This document shows, one piece after another, positions 1-11,984 of a stretch of DNA of 36,052 bases. The DNA is from Kipferlia bialata. Its lineage: Eukaryota. The notes under the pieces are model-generated. The model was not told the origin of the DNA, made no database searches, and worked only from the letters and a program-made list of their open reading frames with translations. Position 1 is the first letter of the stretch, and each line of letters begins with the position of its first letter. The position numbers and the translations under genes were made by a program. The DNA is taken from NCBI GenBank assembly GCA_003568945.1, contig BDIP01000053.1:1-36052 (forward strand), read 5' to 3'.

Positions 1-324
1 ACTTGAACAGTGTCAGATCAATAGTTAATAGAAGAGTGTCATCATCATTCATGGGTATACAAATATCACAGACATTACGTAGACAGTATGGTGATGCTTT
101 CAACTACTTATAAAGGACATTATTCATTATTACTCTATTAGTGGGGTACCGAATAGCACAGTATTCGTGGGTGTGTAGAGTATACAGGTATGCAGAGAGA
201 AGGCATGTGAGAAAGAGTGCCCATCGTGCAGCGAGGTGGGGAGGGGGGGGGGGGGGGGGGGGGGATGAATACACTGGGCAGGTAGTAGACTGCAACGGTA
301 GACTCTGTGCAATATCCTCCCTAC

Positions 325-1169
325 CTGTAACAGCAGCGTCACTAGCAGGGGGGACACAAGCTGGACATCCCTAGCCCCTGTGGCCTGGGCGATGTGGTCG
401 AGGAAGAACTCAATGGCTAGGGGGTTAGAGAGGGGGGGATATTCCACCAGAGCCATGTCAGACTATACCCCCGTACCGATGTCATCCAGCATCTCGTTGT
501 GGTGCAGTCTGTTGAGGGCACCCAGGGTCAGGGACACGTGGGAGGCCCTGACCAGAGGGGCTCTATCCTCCTGGTAGTACTCCTGCAGCTTGCCTGGGGT
601 AAGCAGATAGATAGGTACACACAGTAGGTGGTACGGGGGGGAGGGAGGGGGGGGGGGCAGTTATGCTCACCTAGCACCGCATCTACCGTCTCCCTCATCG
701 CTGAGGACTGCTTTCTGCCACTGAGTTCGGCTCGCTGCTTCACCTTATCGCTGAGTTCTGGGGTTGCATCCAAATCACCCGTGATGTTTCTGGGTGAGAA
801 GGCACCGGTAGATGAAACCAGCAGGTCATATGCATTAGTGATATATGTGTACAAGGGACACTGTGTATACTACATATACAATATATATACGTACCTGGTG
901 GCAAAGAGAGGTCTCCTCAGGTTGTTCCCTAATGTGCGTGAGCCATAGTAGAGACCATGCTGCTTAAAGGCCTGGAGTGGGTGAGGGAAAGGCTGCTGAG
1001 ACATCGAGTGCAGAGTATAATAAGGAATGCAGATTATCATGACCAGGTCCACTTCCTTCTGAGAAGGGAGCACATATGAATATGATACTGACAATGATAT
1101 AGATACTGCCACTGATACCTCCTGATATGGGAGCACTGCATTGGGGTGGATGGTGGGTAACTTGGCCAT
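325..1169 (-). CDS. Ulp1/SENP-like (peptidase C48) protein, multi-exon, 3' part lost at poly-G tract
   Basis: Spliced translation MAKLPTIHPN...LTLGALNRLHHNEMLDDIAIEFFLDHIAQ...VQLVSPLLVTLLLQ resembles the N-terminal C48 motif (L..L....wLnD.iI.Fy..yl). The catalytic His/Cys region is not visible. Confidence 0.5.
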
Positions 1170-1464
1170 TGCTACCCCTCCCTCTCAACCTCTCCTCTCG
1201 CCTCCTCTTGACCACAGACACACACTCAGACAGCCGGGTAGACCTATCACACAAGTCACACGGCTGGTAGATCACCACACAGTAAGGGAAGCAACCCTGC
1301 CCACTACTATAGTCCCTCAAAAGGGCGGCAGTAGGATGCTACCGTTACCTGTGGCTGTGATCACAATAGAGCGTAGTGGCTGCCACAATGCAAAAAGCAA
1401 CCCAAAACCTAAAGATCGAAAGTGGAGGAAAGGTTGTCCTGGCCACTGAAAGAATGGTGGCACC

Positions 1465-2272
1465 ATGTCGCCGTGCTCTCTCTGTACATTCACTATGAAT
1501 GCCGACCAGTATCGCCACCAAGTAGAGAATGTCATGAAGGAGGTATGAGTAGTTTGATTGGTTATGTATGTCTTATGTTTGAGTGTATCAGGTACCCAAC
1601 GATAGTAGTATACCCTGATCCTCATGTTGTTCCCACCCCCCAGGAGTATGCCTCCTATGAGGCCAAGGTAGTAGCCCAGCTCGAGACATCGGTGCAGTCA
1701 GTGGTCAGAGAGAAGGTGTGGTCACCCGTCCTCTTCGTCCACTTCTCTCTCCTTATCCACTTGTCATTCTGTTGCGTTGACCGTCCACCCCCAGCGTGAG
1801 GCTGAGCACGAGATCACCAGTGTGGAGCTGGCTCTTAGGGAGCAACTGAGACAGGGCAGGCTCCTCCTGGGAGTTCTCAGTGGCAAGAGGGGTGAGGGCT
1901 CTATTGCTCTATCTGTATCCAATTTGAAATTGTGGTGCCTTTGTGTGTATCGAAGATGAGTGTACTTAGGTATCTTACCTCCAGAGGAACTTGAGAAGTC
2001 CTTCTCCGCCCGTATCAGTACCTTGAAGGCAGATACCACAGCTGCACTCAGGGACAAGAGGTATGGGGGCTACTTACGCGATTCTCACTGACACATACAT
2101 CTGCTTGTATCAATGTATTAATCTCTGGTCAGCCCCAAACAACCAGACATCGCTGATACCTGCAAAGGATATATATATATATATATATATATACCCTGCC
2201 TCACCCTCCAGGGATGTGCTGCAGAGGGAGTGCGATACCATGGTGACCAACCGGTTCGGAAAGGGCTCCTAG
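1465..2272 (+). CDS. Hypothetical coiled-coil protein (~120 aa, 5 exons)
   Basis: GT-AG splicing gives an open frame MNADQYRHQVENVMKE|EYASYEAK...|REAEHEITS...|ELEKSFSARIS...|DVLQRECDTMVTNRFGKGS*. Start is 1465 or 1495. Confidence 0.7.
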
Positions 2273-2735
2273 AAGAGGAGTAGCCCCAGGGAGATTCATA
2301 TTCACGGTCAACCCACTACCGGAATACACTGACAGAGGTGGGGGAGAACATGTCGAGACGATCTTAGTTCCAACACCCCACTGGAGCTCTGTGATGCATA
2401 ACACTACCGTTGGGTGGAGACGCAGCAGGAGACGCATCACTATGCACCCATTCTGATTGGTGTCCAACTGCTCCCAGGGAACCACACGTTCGCAGTGATG
2501 AGTAAGGGGGAGGCTCAGGTCCCTCAGCAGAGCCTGTCTCTGCCATGCCTTGTAGGTTGTTATCAGACCTGGTCAGTAGTCAACTCATCAGAGATGACAA
2601 GGATTGTTCCGTGAACAGCCTTTAGCCGTTTCGAACAGCATAAGGCTGAATACTAATAGAACACAACCCCCAATTACCCCCACTCAATAGACGTCCAGTA
2701 CTGTACATCCTCTATTCCCCCAATCGACCTCTGCC

Positions 2736-4108
2736 CTAGAGCCCTGACAGGTCCCCTATTGTGGGTCTCGACAGGTCAGTCTGACTGGCAGCCCACTCAT
2801 CAGTATCATTGTCCTCCACCTCGGGTCTCTCTCCCTCTCCCTCTGCTGGTGCCTGTGCCTCTGGTCTAGAGGCTGTGCCGGGTAAGGGCTCGAGGGGTGT
2901 GGACTTGGGTGCCCTCTGTCTAGTCCTGGGGGCACGCATGCGTCTGGCCCTGAGGGTGAGGGAGAGAGACACACACATATATTTATCAGAAGCAATATCA
3001 ACATATGCATATACTCCCATTCACACCCCGCTGGTTGTTCTGATGACAGATGAGTGTGAGACAAACACTATATAATATGCAACATAACATATAATTTGCT
3101 ATACAATCTATATCCATCCCCACCTGGCCGTTGTCCTGATGACAGTCTCCACGTTCTTCCCCCCTAGGGTGGGTGCCCTCTCTGGGAAGGGGGGCTTCAG
3201 GATACCCGACCTGGTCTCTGTGGACAGCAGGTGGTGCAGGTGCTGTGTCATCCTGCCCAGCTCCTCCTCAGAGGCAACCTTCTCTCTCTCCTGGGGGTCG
3301 GAGAAGAGGGGGGGACATGCAGAGAGGGTGAAATAGCACCAATTACCACGAGGTGTCTAGTATATGTATAGAACCATACAGGACACCCCACCTTTCTCGC
3401 CGCCTCCTCCTCGGCCTCTGTCCGCCTCATCAGCTCGGAGAACTCTGCCAGTGAGAAGGGGGAGGGGGGGGGCATTGGGTAAGTGCTGGGAGTATATACA
3501 ATGAACCCAATACACCCACCTGCAGTCTTTGCGGCCACTGCCAGCAGATACCGACCCCTCGCAGCAACATCACACAGATGACGCCTCACATACCAGCCCC
3601 TCCAGGTGGTCTGGATCTTGAGGGCAGCCTCGTCATAGGCACGCATGTTGTACTGGTGGCGGTACACCTGTGGGGTGAGAGGAGGCTCATGGCAAGGAAT
3701 TGAGAAATTGGAATCACTCAGAGTAGAAACACTGGGAGTGCACGGACATACCACACGTTAATTGGCAGTACTCATGATGCACTGTATCCATTGTACTCAT
3801 ACCAACATACCTCTCTCAGCACCAGGAACTGTCGCCGCACACAGAATGCCCTCCAGTGCTTCTGGATGGTGGTGGCTGCAGCTCGGGTCTTGTTGGCCTT
3901 CGACCTGGTTATGAAGCCCCGGATCCAGGACTGGGCAAATATGATACGCTCTACATTGTGTCTCTGGAATACGTCGATTAGGCTGTGAATCAGACACTTC
4001 GGAGTGGTACAATATACTCAGTGCACATTTTCCTCACCTGTGCACGTCTGCTGCAAGCTCCATGAACTGCTCGTTCACTTCATCCTGCGCGGCTAGCAAG
4101 GCCGCCAT
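2736..4108 (-). CDS. SPATA17: SPATA17-like IQ-motif (calmodulin-binding) ciliary protein
   Basis: Three IQ motifs (AQSWIRG, IQKHWRA, IQTTWRGWYVRR), followed by a charged helix and HHLLSTETRSGILKPPF, matching the SPATA17 motif HYLLSTKQIPGIYNSPF. Confidence 0.8.
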
Positions 4109-4320
4109 GTCTGAGGCAGTATCTTCCCTCTAGCTGTGTAGGTGACTCTGTCTATTGATGAAACTGAGGAGGACTCCGCAGCTGAGTCTGAATTCCAGCC
4201 GCAAGAAAGGGGCCAGCGTTTTTGAATCGTACAAAAATGAAGGTGAGAAAAGGGTCCGGTGAGTTTTGAAGGCCTGACCTCTGCACACCGTGTCTCAGAC
4301 ACGCCGCCATGACAAGTGAA

Positions 4321-5489
4321 ATGGACATCTCCCGCATTGAAGGGGTCATAGGGTCTCGACACACAGTCTTGGTGTCGGCCCATGTCGTGTTCTCTGAGTT
4401 ACAACTCACTCCCACACCCAACTGGGGAAACCTCACTCACCGGGCCAGGTATGATACTCTCTCTTCTGGAAGGGTTATAGAGGGAGGGGGGGGGATAATG
4501 TCTCAGAGTGTATCGATTTTGTGGTGATTGACTGTATCTGTTCCCTGTTGTCACAGTGTGACTATATATATGCCAATTACTCATTACCACTTTGCTTACC
4601 CCTGCAGGGTCAAGGGTGTGGCAGCCATATCCTCCGATGAGAACGGAGCCCCATGGTTCTATCTGATAGATCTTACCTACACTGGTGCGGCTCCCTGCTT
4701 GCTCTCTCTCTATATATATGTATGACTATTGGACAATTATACAGTCACCCACCAACATCGACTACTCTTTCATGTGTATTAATGGTGAACTAACCTCAGG
4801 GAAGGTTAAGAAGAGAATTAAGCTCCCTTTAGTGCTGGACAGTCTTGGAATTCAGGTACAAGGTCTAGGGTCACACATATGAACATTCAAGATATTGGTA
4901 TCATTGAATAAACAATGTGTGACCTCAGCGCCCCACCCCTACCCTTCTGGTATGGGAGGAGACGTCCACTTGGATCGCACTGGCATTTGACACGGAGCAG
5001 CAGGTACCTAGTATTTAGATTGTTTCTTCCAGTCAGTTATACTATGGTCTCTTGAAGAGTCATCTCTTCAACTAATAGACACAATATATATATAAATCAA
5101 TACGAAATGCCTATCTCTCTCACCCCACCAGACCAGGACCTTCTTCGAGGATGTCCAGAGGGCATACCAGACCCTGGAGATGGTGAGACAATTGCGTACC
5201 ATTACACTCTAACAGGCTGTCCTCATGACATTGCCAGTACAATAATTACAACTGCTTGTTTCTCTGTTCTGCAGATACTCTACTCTGGCCATCTGTACTT
5301 ATGTATCTAACCATTAGGAGGCAGCCCAGACCAAGACCACCGGGGGCAAGCTCTTCCGTGCATTTAGGGGCAGGACCAAGGGGATGTTCTCTCGCAAGGT
5401 GGGTCTGCTATCAATAGTACATCTCTCTCTCTCTCTCTCTCTCTCTCCCCTCCCCCCCATCCCAGTCTGCCCCCATGGTCATTTCTGCA

Positions 5490-5529
<40 letters not shown>

Positions 5530-6469
5530 TCCCTCACCCCAGTCTGCCCCCATGGTGATGTCTGCCCCTGTCACCTTCCAGCACCAGGGGGGTGTCGATG
5601 GGGCCACCGGCCAGGTCAGTGGGGAGATCCCAGAGGTGTACAAGCAGCAGCTGATGGCGGCAGGTACTACCGGTTATAATTGTAAGACTGACACCTGCCC
5701 ATGTATATAGATGCAACATATAACCGACCTCACCCCAGGCATGTCCCCCGCTGCCTTTGAGGACGGGGGTGCCGCCCTCATGGATGCCCTCAGAAGGGTG
5801 GCACAGGGAGAGGAAGTGCAGACAGCATCCCCGGCTCAGGTACACGCGTCCAGCTCTACCTATCCATTACCAACCTCCCACATCCAGGTGAAGCGTGCCC
5901 AGCGCATAGCCAGACAGTCCAAGAGGCGCAGCAAGAGGCAGCACACAGCCCAGCCCACCATGGCCCCCCCTCCCCCTCCCCCAGGCGCCATGGCTGCTGG
6001 TGGTCCTCCTCCTCCTCCCCCTCTCCCCTCAGTCGGTGCTAAGCCACGCAAGCGCGTCCCACCTCCTGGTGTGGCGCCTCCCCCTCCCCCTCCTGGGGGT
6101 GCGTCTGCGGGTGGCATTCCCCCTCCCCCTCCCATGCCTCCTGTAGGGGGCCCTCCCGTCCCACCCCCCGTGAGGGCGAAGCCACCAGCCCCATCCGGTG
6201 CGTCCCTCCCCCCTGGCCCTCCCCCTGCCCCTGCTGGGGGTGACATGGGGGCCCTGCTGGCATCCATCAGACAGGGCGTGGCCCTCAAGTCCGTCAAGGC
6301 CACCCCCGACTCCAGTGGCCTGCCTGACCTGGGCGCCATGTCTGCTGCTGATAAGGGTGACCTGGTGGCTCTACTCACATCATCCATCGTGGCCAGACGC
6401 ATAGAGCTCGAGGCCGGGGAGGAGAGTAGTAGCGATGAGGACTCTTACTCGGACTCAGACTCCATGTAA
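4321..6469 (+). CDS. WASP: WASP-family actin nucleation-promoting factor (WH1-basic-CRIB-polyPro-WH2-C-A)
   Basis: WH1-like exons (WIALAFDTEQQ|TRTFFEDV), a basic stretch, CRIB-like MSAPVTFQHQGGV, long polyproline, WH2 (GALLASIRQGVALKSV), C helix (LVALLTSSIVARR) and an acidic tail. An alternative start lies at 4309. Confidence 0.85.
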
Positions 6470-7002
6470 TATGTACTAGGCCTATTGGGTGTTAAATGAG
6501 TGTTTACTTCTGGTGGTGAGGATTGAACTTCAGTTGGGAGTATGTATACTACACGATTCTGAATTACTGAGCGTATACCTCAGTGTATACTTAGTCTTTG
6601 TCTCTGTGTGCTTACAGAAGTCTCATACTATTACGCAATAGTGATTTTAAGTTATAATTTTTAACCCGTCACTCAGGCGGACCAAATACATTATCTTGAC
6701 AGGATTTGAAGTCAGACCAGAGTGCACCTCTCCAAACATTTACAAGTAATTCTGCTCCTGAGAATCCTTTCGCTGTCCACCTCAGGTTTACAACACAACC
6801 ATACATACACAACAGATCACAATGTACTGGAGAGAATAATGATGCGCGCAATCTATTTTTGCTAGATGTTATACATGGCATCCAATGAAGGGAAACGCAG
6901 GTACTACGGGAGCCGCTTTACAACAGCATGCCCCGGAGTATACTCAACGGGGTTGCTCAACCGAGTACCTTGCTCCCACGCACGTGGGAGACTAAGATCA
7001 AC

Positions 7003-7075
7003 CAAACCAAACTGAAACTCTGAAACCGACGGCCACACAGGCAAACAAACTGAAACTGAAACTGAAACAAACTGG
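7003..7075. repeat. Imperfect AAACTG short repeats in the carbamate kinase 3' UTR region
   Basis: aaactgaaactc and aaactgaaactgaaactgaaac read as U-rich CAGUUU repeats on the mRNA strand. Confidence 0.55.
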
Positions 7076-7129
7076 GAACGTCACCAGCTATGATCAAAGA
7101 CACATAGCCACGACCTATCGACCACTGAC

Positions 7130-8098
7130 TTACTGGTCAGCGACGATGTGGGTGCCGCAGAGGCCGTTGATGGCGTCAACAGCCTTGTTGAGGGAGGTGA
7201 TGATGGCGGTGCGGCCGGTGTTCTCGCAGAACTCCATGCAGGCGCGGACCTTGGGGCCCATGCTGCCGGCGGCGAACTGGCCCTCGGCCTCGTAGACCTT
7301 GGCCTGGGCGAGGGGGGTCACGCCGAGCTGGGTCTGGTTGGGCTTGCGGTAGTTGACGCAGGCGTTGGTGACGTCGGTGAGGATCATGAGGGCGTCGGCC
7401 TTGACCTGCTGGGCAAGGAGGGAGGTGGCGAGGTCCTTGTCGATCACGGCGTCGCAGCCAACAAGGTTGCCGGCGGCGTCCTTGACGACGGGGATGCCGC
7501 CTCCGTTGGTGCAGATGACGGTGAATCCCTGGCCAACGAGGGACATGATGGCGGGGCGCTCAACGATCTCCTGGGGCCTGGGGGAGGGGACAACCACGCG
7601 GTATCCGCGGCCGGCGTCCTCCTTCATGGTCTTGCCAGCGGCGATCATCTCCTTGGCCTCGGCCTCGGAGTAGAAGGCACCGACGGGCTTGGTGGGGTTG
7701 GCGAAGGCGGGGTCCTCGGTGGAGACAAGGGACTGGGTGAGGGTGCACACAACCTTGGGCTCGAGGCCGGCGGCACGCTGGACGTTGCCCATGGCCATCT
7801 GCATCATGTAGCCGATGAATCCCTGGGACATGGATCCGCACACGTGGAGGGGCATCTCGGGGGCGACGGCCTTGGCGCTGCTCTGCTGGAGCTTGATGGC
7901 ACCAACCTGGGGTCCGTTGCCAGAGGTCATGATGACGTTCCAGCCGTTCTCAGTGAGCTTGTGGATCTGCTCGCAGGCAGCCATGACGTTGGCGAACTGG
8001 GCCTCGTAGTCTCCAGCCTGACCGGGCTGGAGCATGGCGTTTCCGCCAAGGGCAACGACGACAGTCTTCTTGTTCTGAATTGAGCGGCGAGGAGGCAT
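7130..8098 (-). CDS. arcC: Carbamate kinase (arginine deiminase pathway), intronless
   Basis: VVALGGNAM, GNGPQVG, DPAFANPTKPVG, EDAGRGYRVVVPSPRP, GGGIPV, AVIDKD and GSMGPKV motifs; strong C/G-ending codon bias. Confidence 0.98.
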   Translation of the reverse strand: MPPRRSIQNKKTVVVALGGNAMLQPGQAGDYEAQFANVMAACEQIHKLTENGWNVIMTSGNGPQVGAIKLQQSSAKAVAPEMPLHVCGSMSQGFIGYMMQMAMGNVQRAAGLEPKVVCTLTQSLVSTEDPAFANPTKPVGAFYSEAEAKEMIAAGKTMKEDAGRGYRVVVPSPRPQEIVERPAIMSLVGQGFTVICTNGGGIPVVKDAAGNLVGCDAVIDKDLATSLLAQQVKADALMILTDVTNACVNYRKPNQTQLGVTPLAQAKVYEAEGQFAAGSMGPKVRACMEFCENTGRTAIITSLNKAVDAINGLCGTHIVADQ

Positions 8099-8411
8099 AC
8101 TGTTAACTTGCAAAAGCTATTGATGCAGAGAGAGAAGCCTCACGACTACTCAAGACCAAATATAGCATCAAAAAGAGTAATTCATGCTACTATGAGCCCT
8201 CTACAGTAAATGGAAAGTCTACAGTACAATCAATGGTCAAAATTTACCTCGGCAACCATTACAGTGCAGGTCAGAAGAGGTCAGGATCAACATTGACGTC
8301 AATCCGACAGTTTTTGTACCCTTTTTGCGTCCAAAAAACTCAACAAGGGTCTAGAACCGAGATATAACAGATTCAGGAGCTGAGCTTATGTATCTCTCTT
8401 GGTGCATCAAA

Positions 8412-9814
8412 ATGGTTCGCGTCAGCCGTCCAGAGAACTCAGGCCCACCTGAGTATGTACGTCCTAGTATTCTCTGCACTCTCTTACTTTGAATTGTCCA
8501 ACTAACCCAGTGGTACCAGGGAGATGAGGCCCAGAAGTACACCCATGGGTACGTGCCAACGATATAGAGGTCGCTGTTTGGATGTACCCTCTGTGTGTTG
8601 ATATGCTCATCTCCAGTACTCGTATCGGCCAGGTCCAGGTTGAGATGGCTGAGCGGTGCCTGCAGCTGCTGGCCCTACCGGACGAGACCCCTAGACTCTT
8701 GCTGGACATTGGATGTGGCTCTGGGATCTCAGGGGATGTGCTGCACGAGCACGGTCACAACTGGGTTGGTACGTGTATCACTCCTATGTATATAGTTCTC
8801 ATAAGTGACAGTTGGTGAGGATAAGAAGAGCTAAAGATGTGCATACATGATGATTTAGTACTGTGATGGATACATATCCCTCACCCCTCAGGCATGGACA
8901 TTGCCCCCGACATGCTGAAGGCTGCTCAGGAGAGGGAGACCACCGGAGAGCTGGTACACGCCAACATGGGCGACGGTGTCCCCTTCCGGCCTGGCTCCTT
9001 TGACGGGTGCATCTCTGTGTCTGCCCTCCAGTGGCTGTGCTACTCCAATGCCAAGTCAGAGATCCCATTCCGCAGACTCAGCATCCTCTTCCAGACCCTG
9101 TACAGTGCCCTGGTACCAGGAAGCAGGTGTGGACGGATGTCAGTGATGGCACAATCATTCAGTCACTCTCTCTCCCTCCTTACCCCCAGGGCCGTGTTCC
9201 AGGTGTACACTGAGACCGAGGACCAGCTCAGGATGATGACAGATGCCGCAATGAGGGCAGGTACCCTCACACACTCTCATGTGTATGCACCTAATCCCAA
9301 TACACCTCTCACCCCTAGGATTCACTGGAGGTGTGCTGGTGGACTACCCCAACTCTAGCAAGGCCAAGAAGATTTACCTCGGTGAGATATGGCATTATTA
9401 CATACATATGTTTATATTAATACGCATACATATCTGACCCACTACAACTATTGTGCTCATTGAGTGCACTATGTCTCTGCCTCACCCCAGTTCTCTTCTG
9501 TGGTGTCCCCCTCAACAAGGTGACCATGCCCAAGCCCCTGATGGAGGGAGAGGGCCTGGCAGATGGATACAGGACAGAGGTTGCCACATCAGGCAGAGAC
9601 ACATACGTCAGAAAGAGAGCTAGGAGCCGTGCGGTACGTGTCCTCCTGTATATATCATTCCTATTGAGTCTCTCCCTGACCCCAGAGCGTGAGCAAGCCC
9701 ATTGTCAAGAGCAAGGCCTGGATTGTCAACAAGAAGAGGAGGCAGGCCCTGCAGGGCGAGCAGGTCAGGCCCCACTCCAAGTACACAGGTCGCAGGAGAA
9801 AGAACGCGTTCTAG
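8412..9814 (+). CDS. BUD23: 18S rRNA guanine-N7 methyltransferase Bud23/WBSCR22, multi-exon
   Basis: MVRVSRPENSGPPEY|WYQGDEAQKYT, LLDIGCGSGISG, DGVPFRPGSFDGCISVSALQWLC, GFTGGVLVDYPNSSKAKK and C-terminal SKYTGRRRKNAF*. Confidence 0.97.
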
Positions 9815-10111
9815 GCTGCGTTTGGTCGGTGTGTTTCATAGTATTTATGTCTTTGTGTGTATGGCTATGTTGGGTTCTCTTAGCTCTGGGCGATCTCATT
9901 GATTCTGAGGTCTGTTTGATAGATTTGTCGTCAATGGTTGTTTGCTAGGCCTAGAATACCGAGTAAGGATTAGTGTGAGGGACACTGGTCGAACGGCAAA
10001 TATTTGTTTGGCAATTTTGGAGAAAGGGTTTAGTACCAGACGAAGTGCTTTGAGTCTCAAAGTTTGAGACTCCCTTTCTACTCATTGAACCAGGGTCATA
10101 CTTATGCTAAC

Positions 10112-10972
10112 ATGACCAGTGACTCTCATGAAGCTTCCACAGTATCCTCTGTTGGTGATACATCCGAGACGGGGGGAGTTGTATGTGATGAGTCACTATC
10201 AGGAGGAGATGATGGGAGTGTTGATTTGGAGGCCTCTCTCTCTCGGATGTCTGCCTCCCTCCATGCACTGACAGTGGACGAGGCTGGTGTGTCTGAGCAG
10301 ATGTTGAGTGACCTTATCCCCCCTTCCCACGATGGGGATACCCTTCCCCCACCCTCCTGTCTAGTTGATCTGTCTGACACCCGACTGGCTGTCATCAGAC
10401 TCACCAATGCAGTCTGTGACTCATCTGCCGCAGTGGCTGCACTCAACCCTGTGCTGCCACTCTGCCCCCTGCCCCGCATCCACCGGGACCGCACTCTCTC
10501 CCTGGCCTGGCAGGTGAGGAGTGCCAGGGTGGTCTATAGGGCGCTCAAGGCCAACCTGCTGCTGAGGCCCCTGAGGCTGGCATCCCTCAGAGCCAACCAC
10601 GTCACCACCCATGAGTGCTCCATGCTGCTGCACGGACCCAGGGGCATGCTATACTCCCAGGGCCGATACAGGAGTCACAGGGACCTGGTGCGGTACTGCA
10701 GGCGCCAGATACCCCTTGACGGGCCGTATTGTGCCGCAAAGCTCTACCATCGGCACCGGTCTCTGCTAGCTGGACTAGCTGCATTCAAGCGATGCTGGTA
10801 CAGCTCCATTGTGGGGAGGGAGAGGGGGGAGAAGAGGGAGGAGAGTGGAGGGGAGAGAGGGAATGGGTCCCGGCAGAAGAAGCCTCCCCTCCCTCCTAAG
10901 ACTAGTAAGGATATCAATGTTTCCAAGCCAGTCAAGACCCACAGACACAGGAGAAGACATCACAAGGGGTAG
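10112..10972 (+). CDS. Hypothetical protein (~286 aa), apparently intronless, acidic N-terminus and basic C-terminus
   Basis: Long stop-free ORF with coding-like composition between two genes; no recognisable domain. Confidence 0.65.
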   Translation: MTSDSHEASTVSSVGDTSETGGVVCDESLSGGDDGSVDLEASLSRMSASLHALTVDEAGVSEQMLSDLIPPSHDGDTLPPPSCLVDLSDTRLAVIRLTNAVCDSSAAVAALNPVLPLCPLPRIHRDRTLSLAWQVRSARVVYRALKANLLLRPLRLASLRANHVTTHECSMLLHGPRGMLYSQGRYRSHRDLVRYCRRQIPLDGPYCAAKLYHRHRSLLAGLAAFKRCWYSSIVGRERGEKREESGGERGNGSRQKKPPLPPKTSKDINVSKPVKTHRHRRRHHKG

Positions 10973-11005
10973 AGGTGGATGGGGGGTATGGGGTGTATCT
11001 ATTCC

Positions 11006-11796
11006 CTACTTGTTAGGTTGTCTCTTGGCGTCTGGGGGACGCTCCCCGTCTGAGGTCTTGGCCGTGGGCTGAGGCCTCTCTCTCTTCAGCCCGGCCTTCC
11101 TGTCAACACCCCTCCCGGTACCCACGTGCCAGGCCGTGTCCTGGGATGAGATAGAAGTAGGCATATATGTATACATATAGGTATAGCTGAAGGGTGTCAC
11201 CAGAAGCTCACTTGATATATACAGTTGAGGTCCTGATAGAGGAGGGACGTCAGTATATTGTGTACCTGTGCGAGGGTCACGTACAGGAGGTACATCACGC
11301 CCAGACACTCCTCCTGGGGTGGGAAGAACAATAGAGTGAACACATCACTGTCACAGTATTCCCATCCCTTCTATGTCCATTCTCCACTATGCCTGGTATC
11401 CTCCCCCCCCCCCCCATACCTTGTTGTACTGTGGCACCTGCGGCATGGCCGCTGTCAGTCGCTCCTCCACCCGCTGTCTCAATCGCTTTCGCCTGTTCCC
11501 AAACCACACCTAGGAGTAAGTAGGGAGATAGTCACGATGGTATTCCCACGCGGTACATCTACGATAGAGCCATGTCACTAACCTCACACTTCTTGATGGG
11601 GAGGCCTGTGCGTTCTGACAGCTCTAGCAGCTCTGCCTTGGTCGGGTATGGCCTTGCGATGTGGTTGACAAGCCAGTCAGAGAGGGTGTACAGCTGGAGA
11701 ATGAGGGTCGGGCCATCAGGTTGTATATGACACCAAATGACAACTCATACTAACAATATATACCATACACACCTGTACTGCCGTGTACGTAGGCAT
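11006..11796 (-). CDS. TALE-class homeodomain transcription factor (5 exons)
   Basis: Spliced: MPTYTAVQ|LYTLSDWLVNHIARPYPTKAELLELSERTGLPIKKCE|VWFGNRRKR..., with the PYP loop extension and a WFxN-R helix 3. Confidence 0.9.
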
Positions 11797-11984
11797 TCAG
11801 TGCTGGTCCCACTCCGCCTATACAGTGACCCCATGGAAAGGACGTCATCAGGCCGTGGTGACAAGCTGTAGACGACCAACACACAATTCTGGAAAGAACC
11901 AAACCTAGTCTTCCACACCGGTCAACAAAAGTCTGTTTCTAGAAGACTTCCACCCATATCTCGCATTTGGCCTAGGACAACACG

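Noticed and set aside
5860..6402. Gly-rich minus-strand ORF
   Set aside because: Antisense of the WASP polyproline exon.
7148..8083. 311-aa plus-strand ORF antisense to carbamate kinase
   Set aside because: Shadow ORF produced by strong codon bias on the coding strand; no ATG start or domain.
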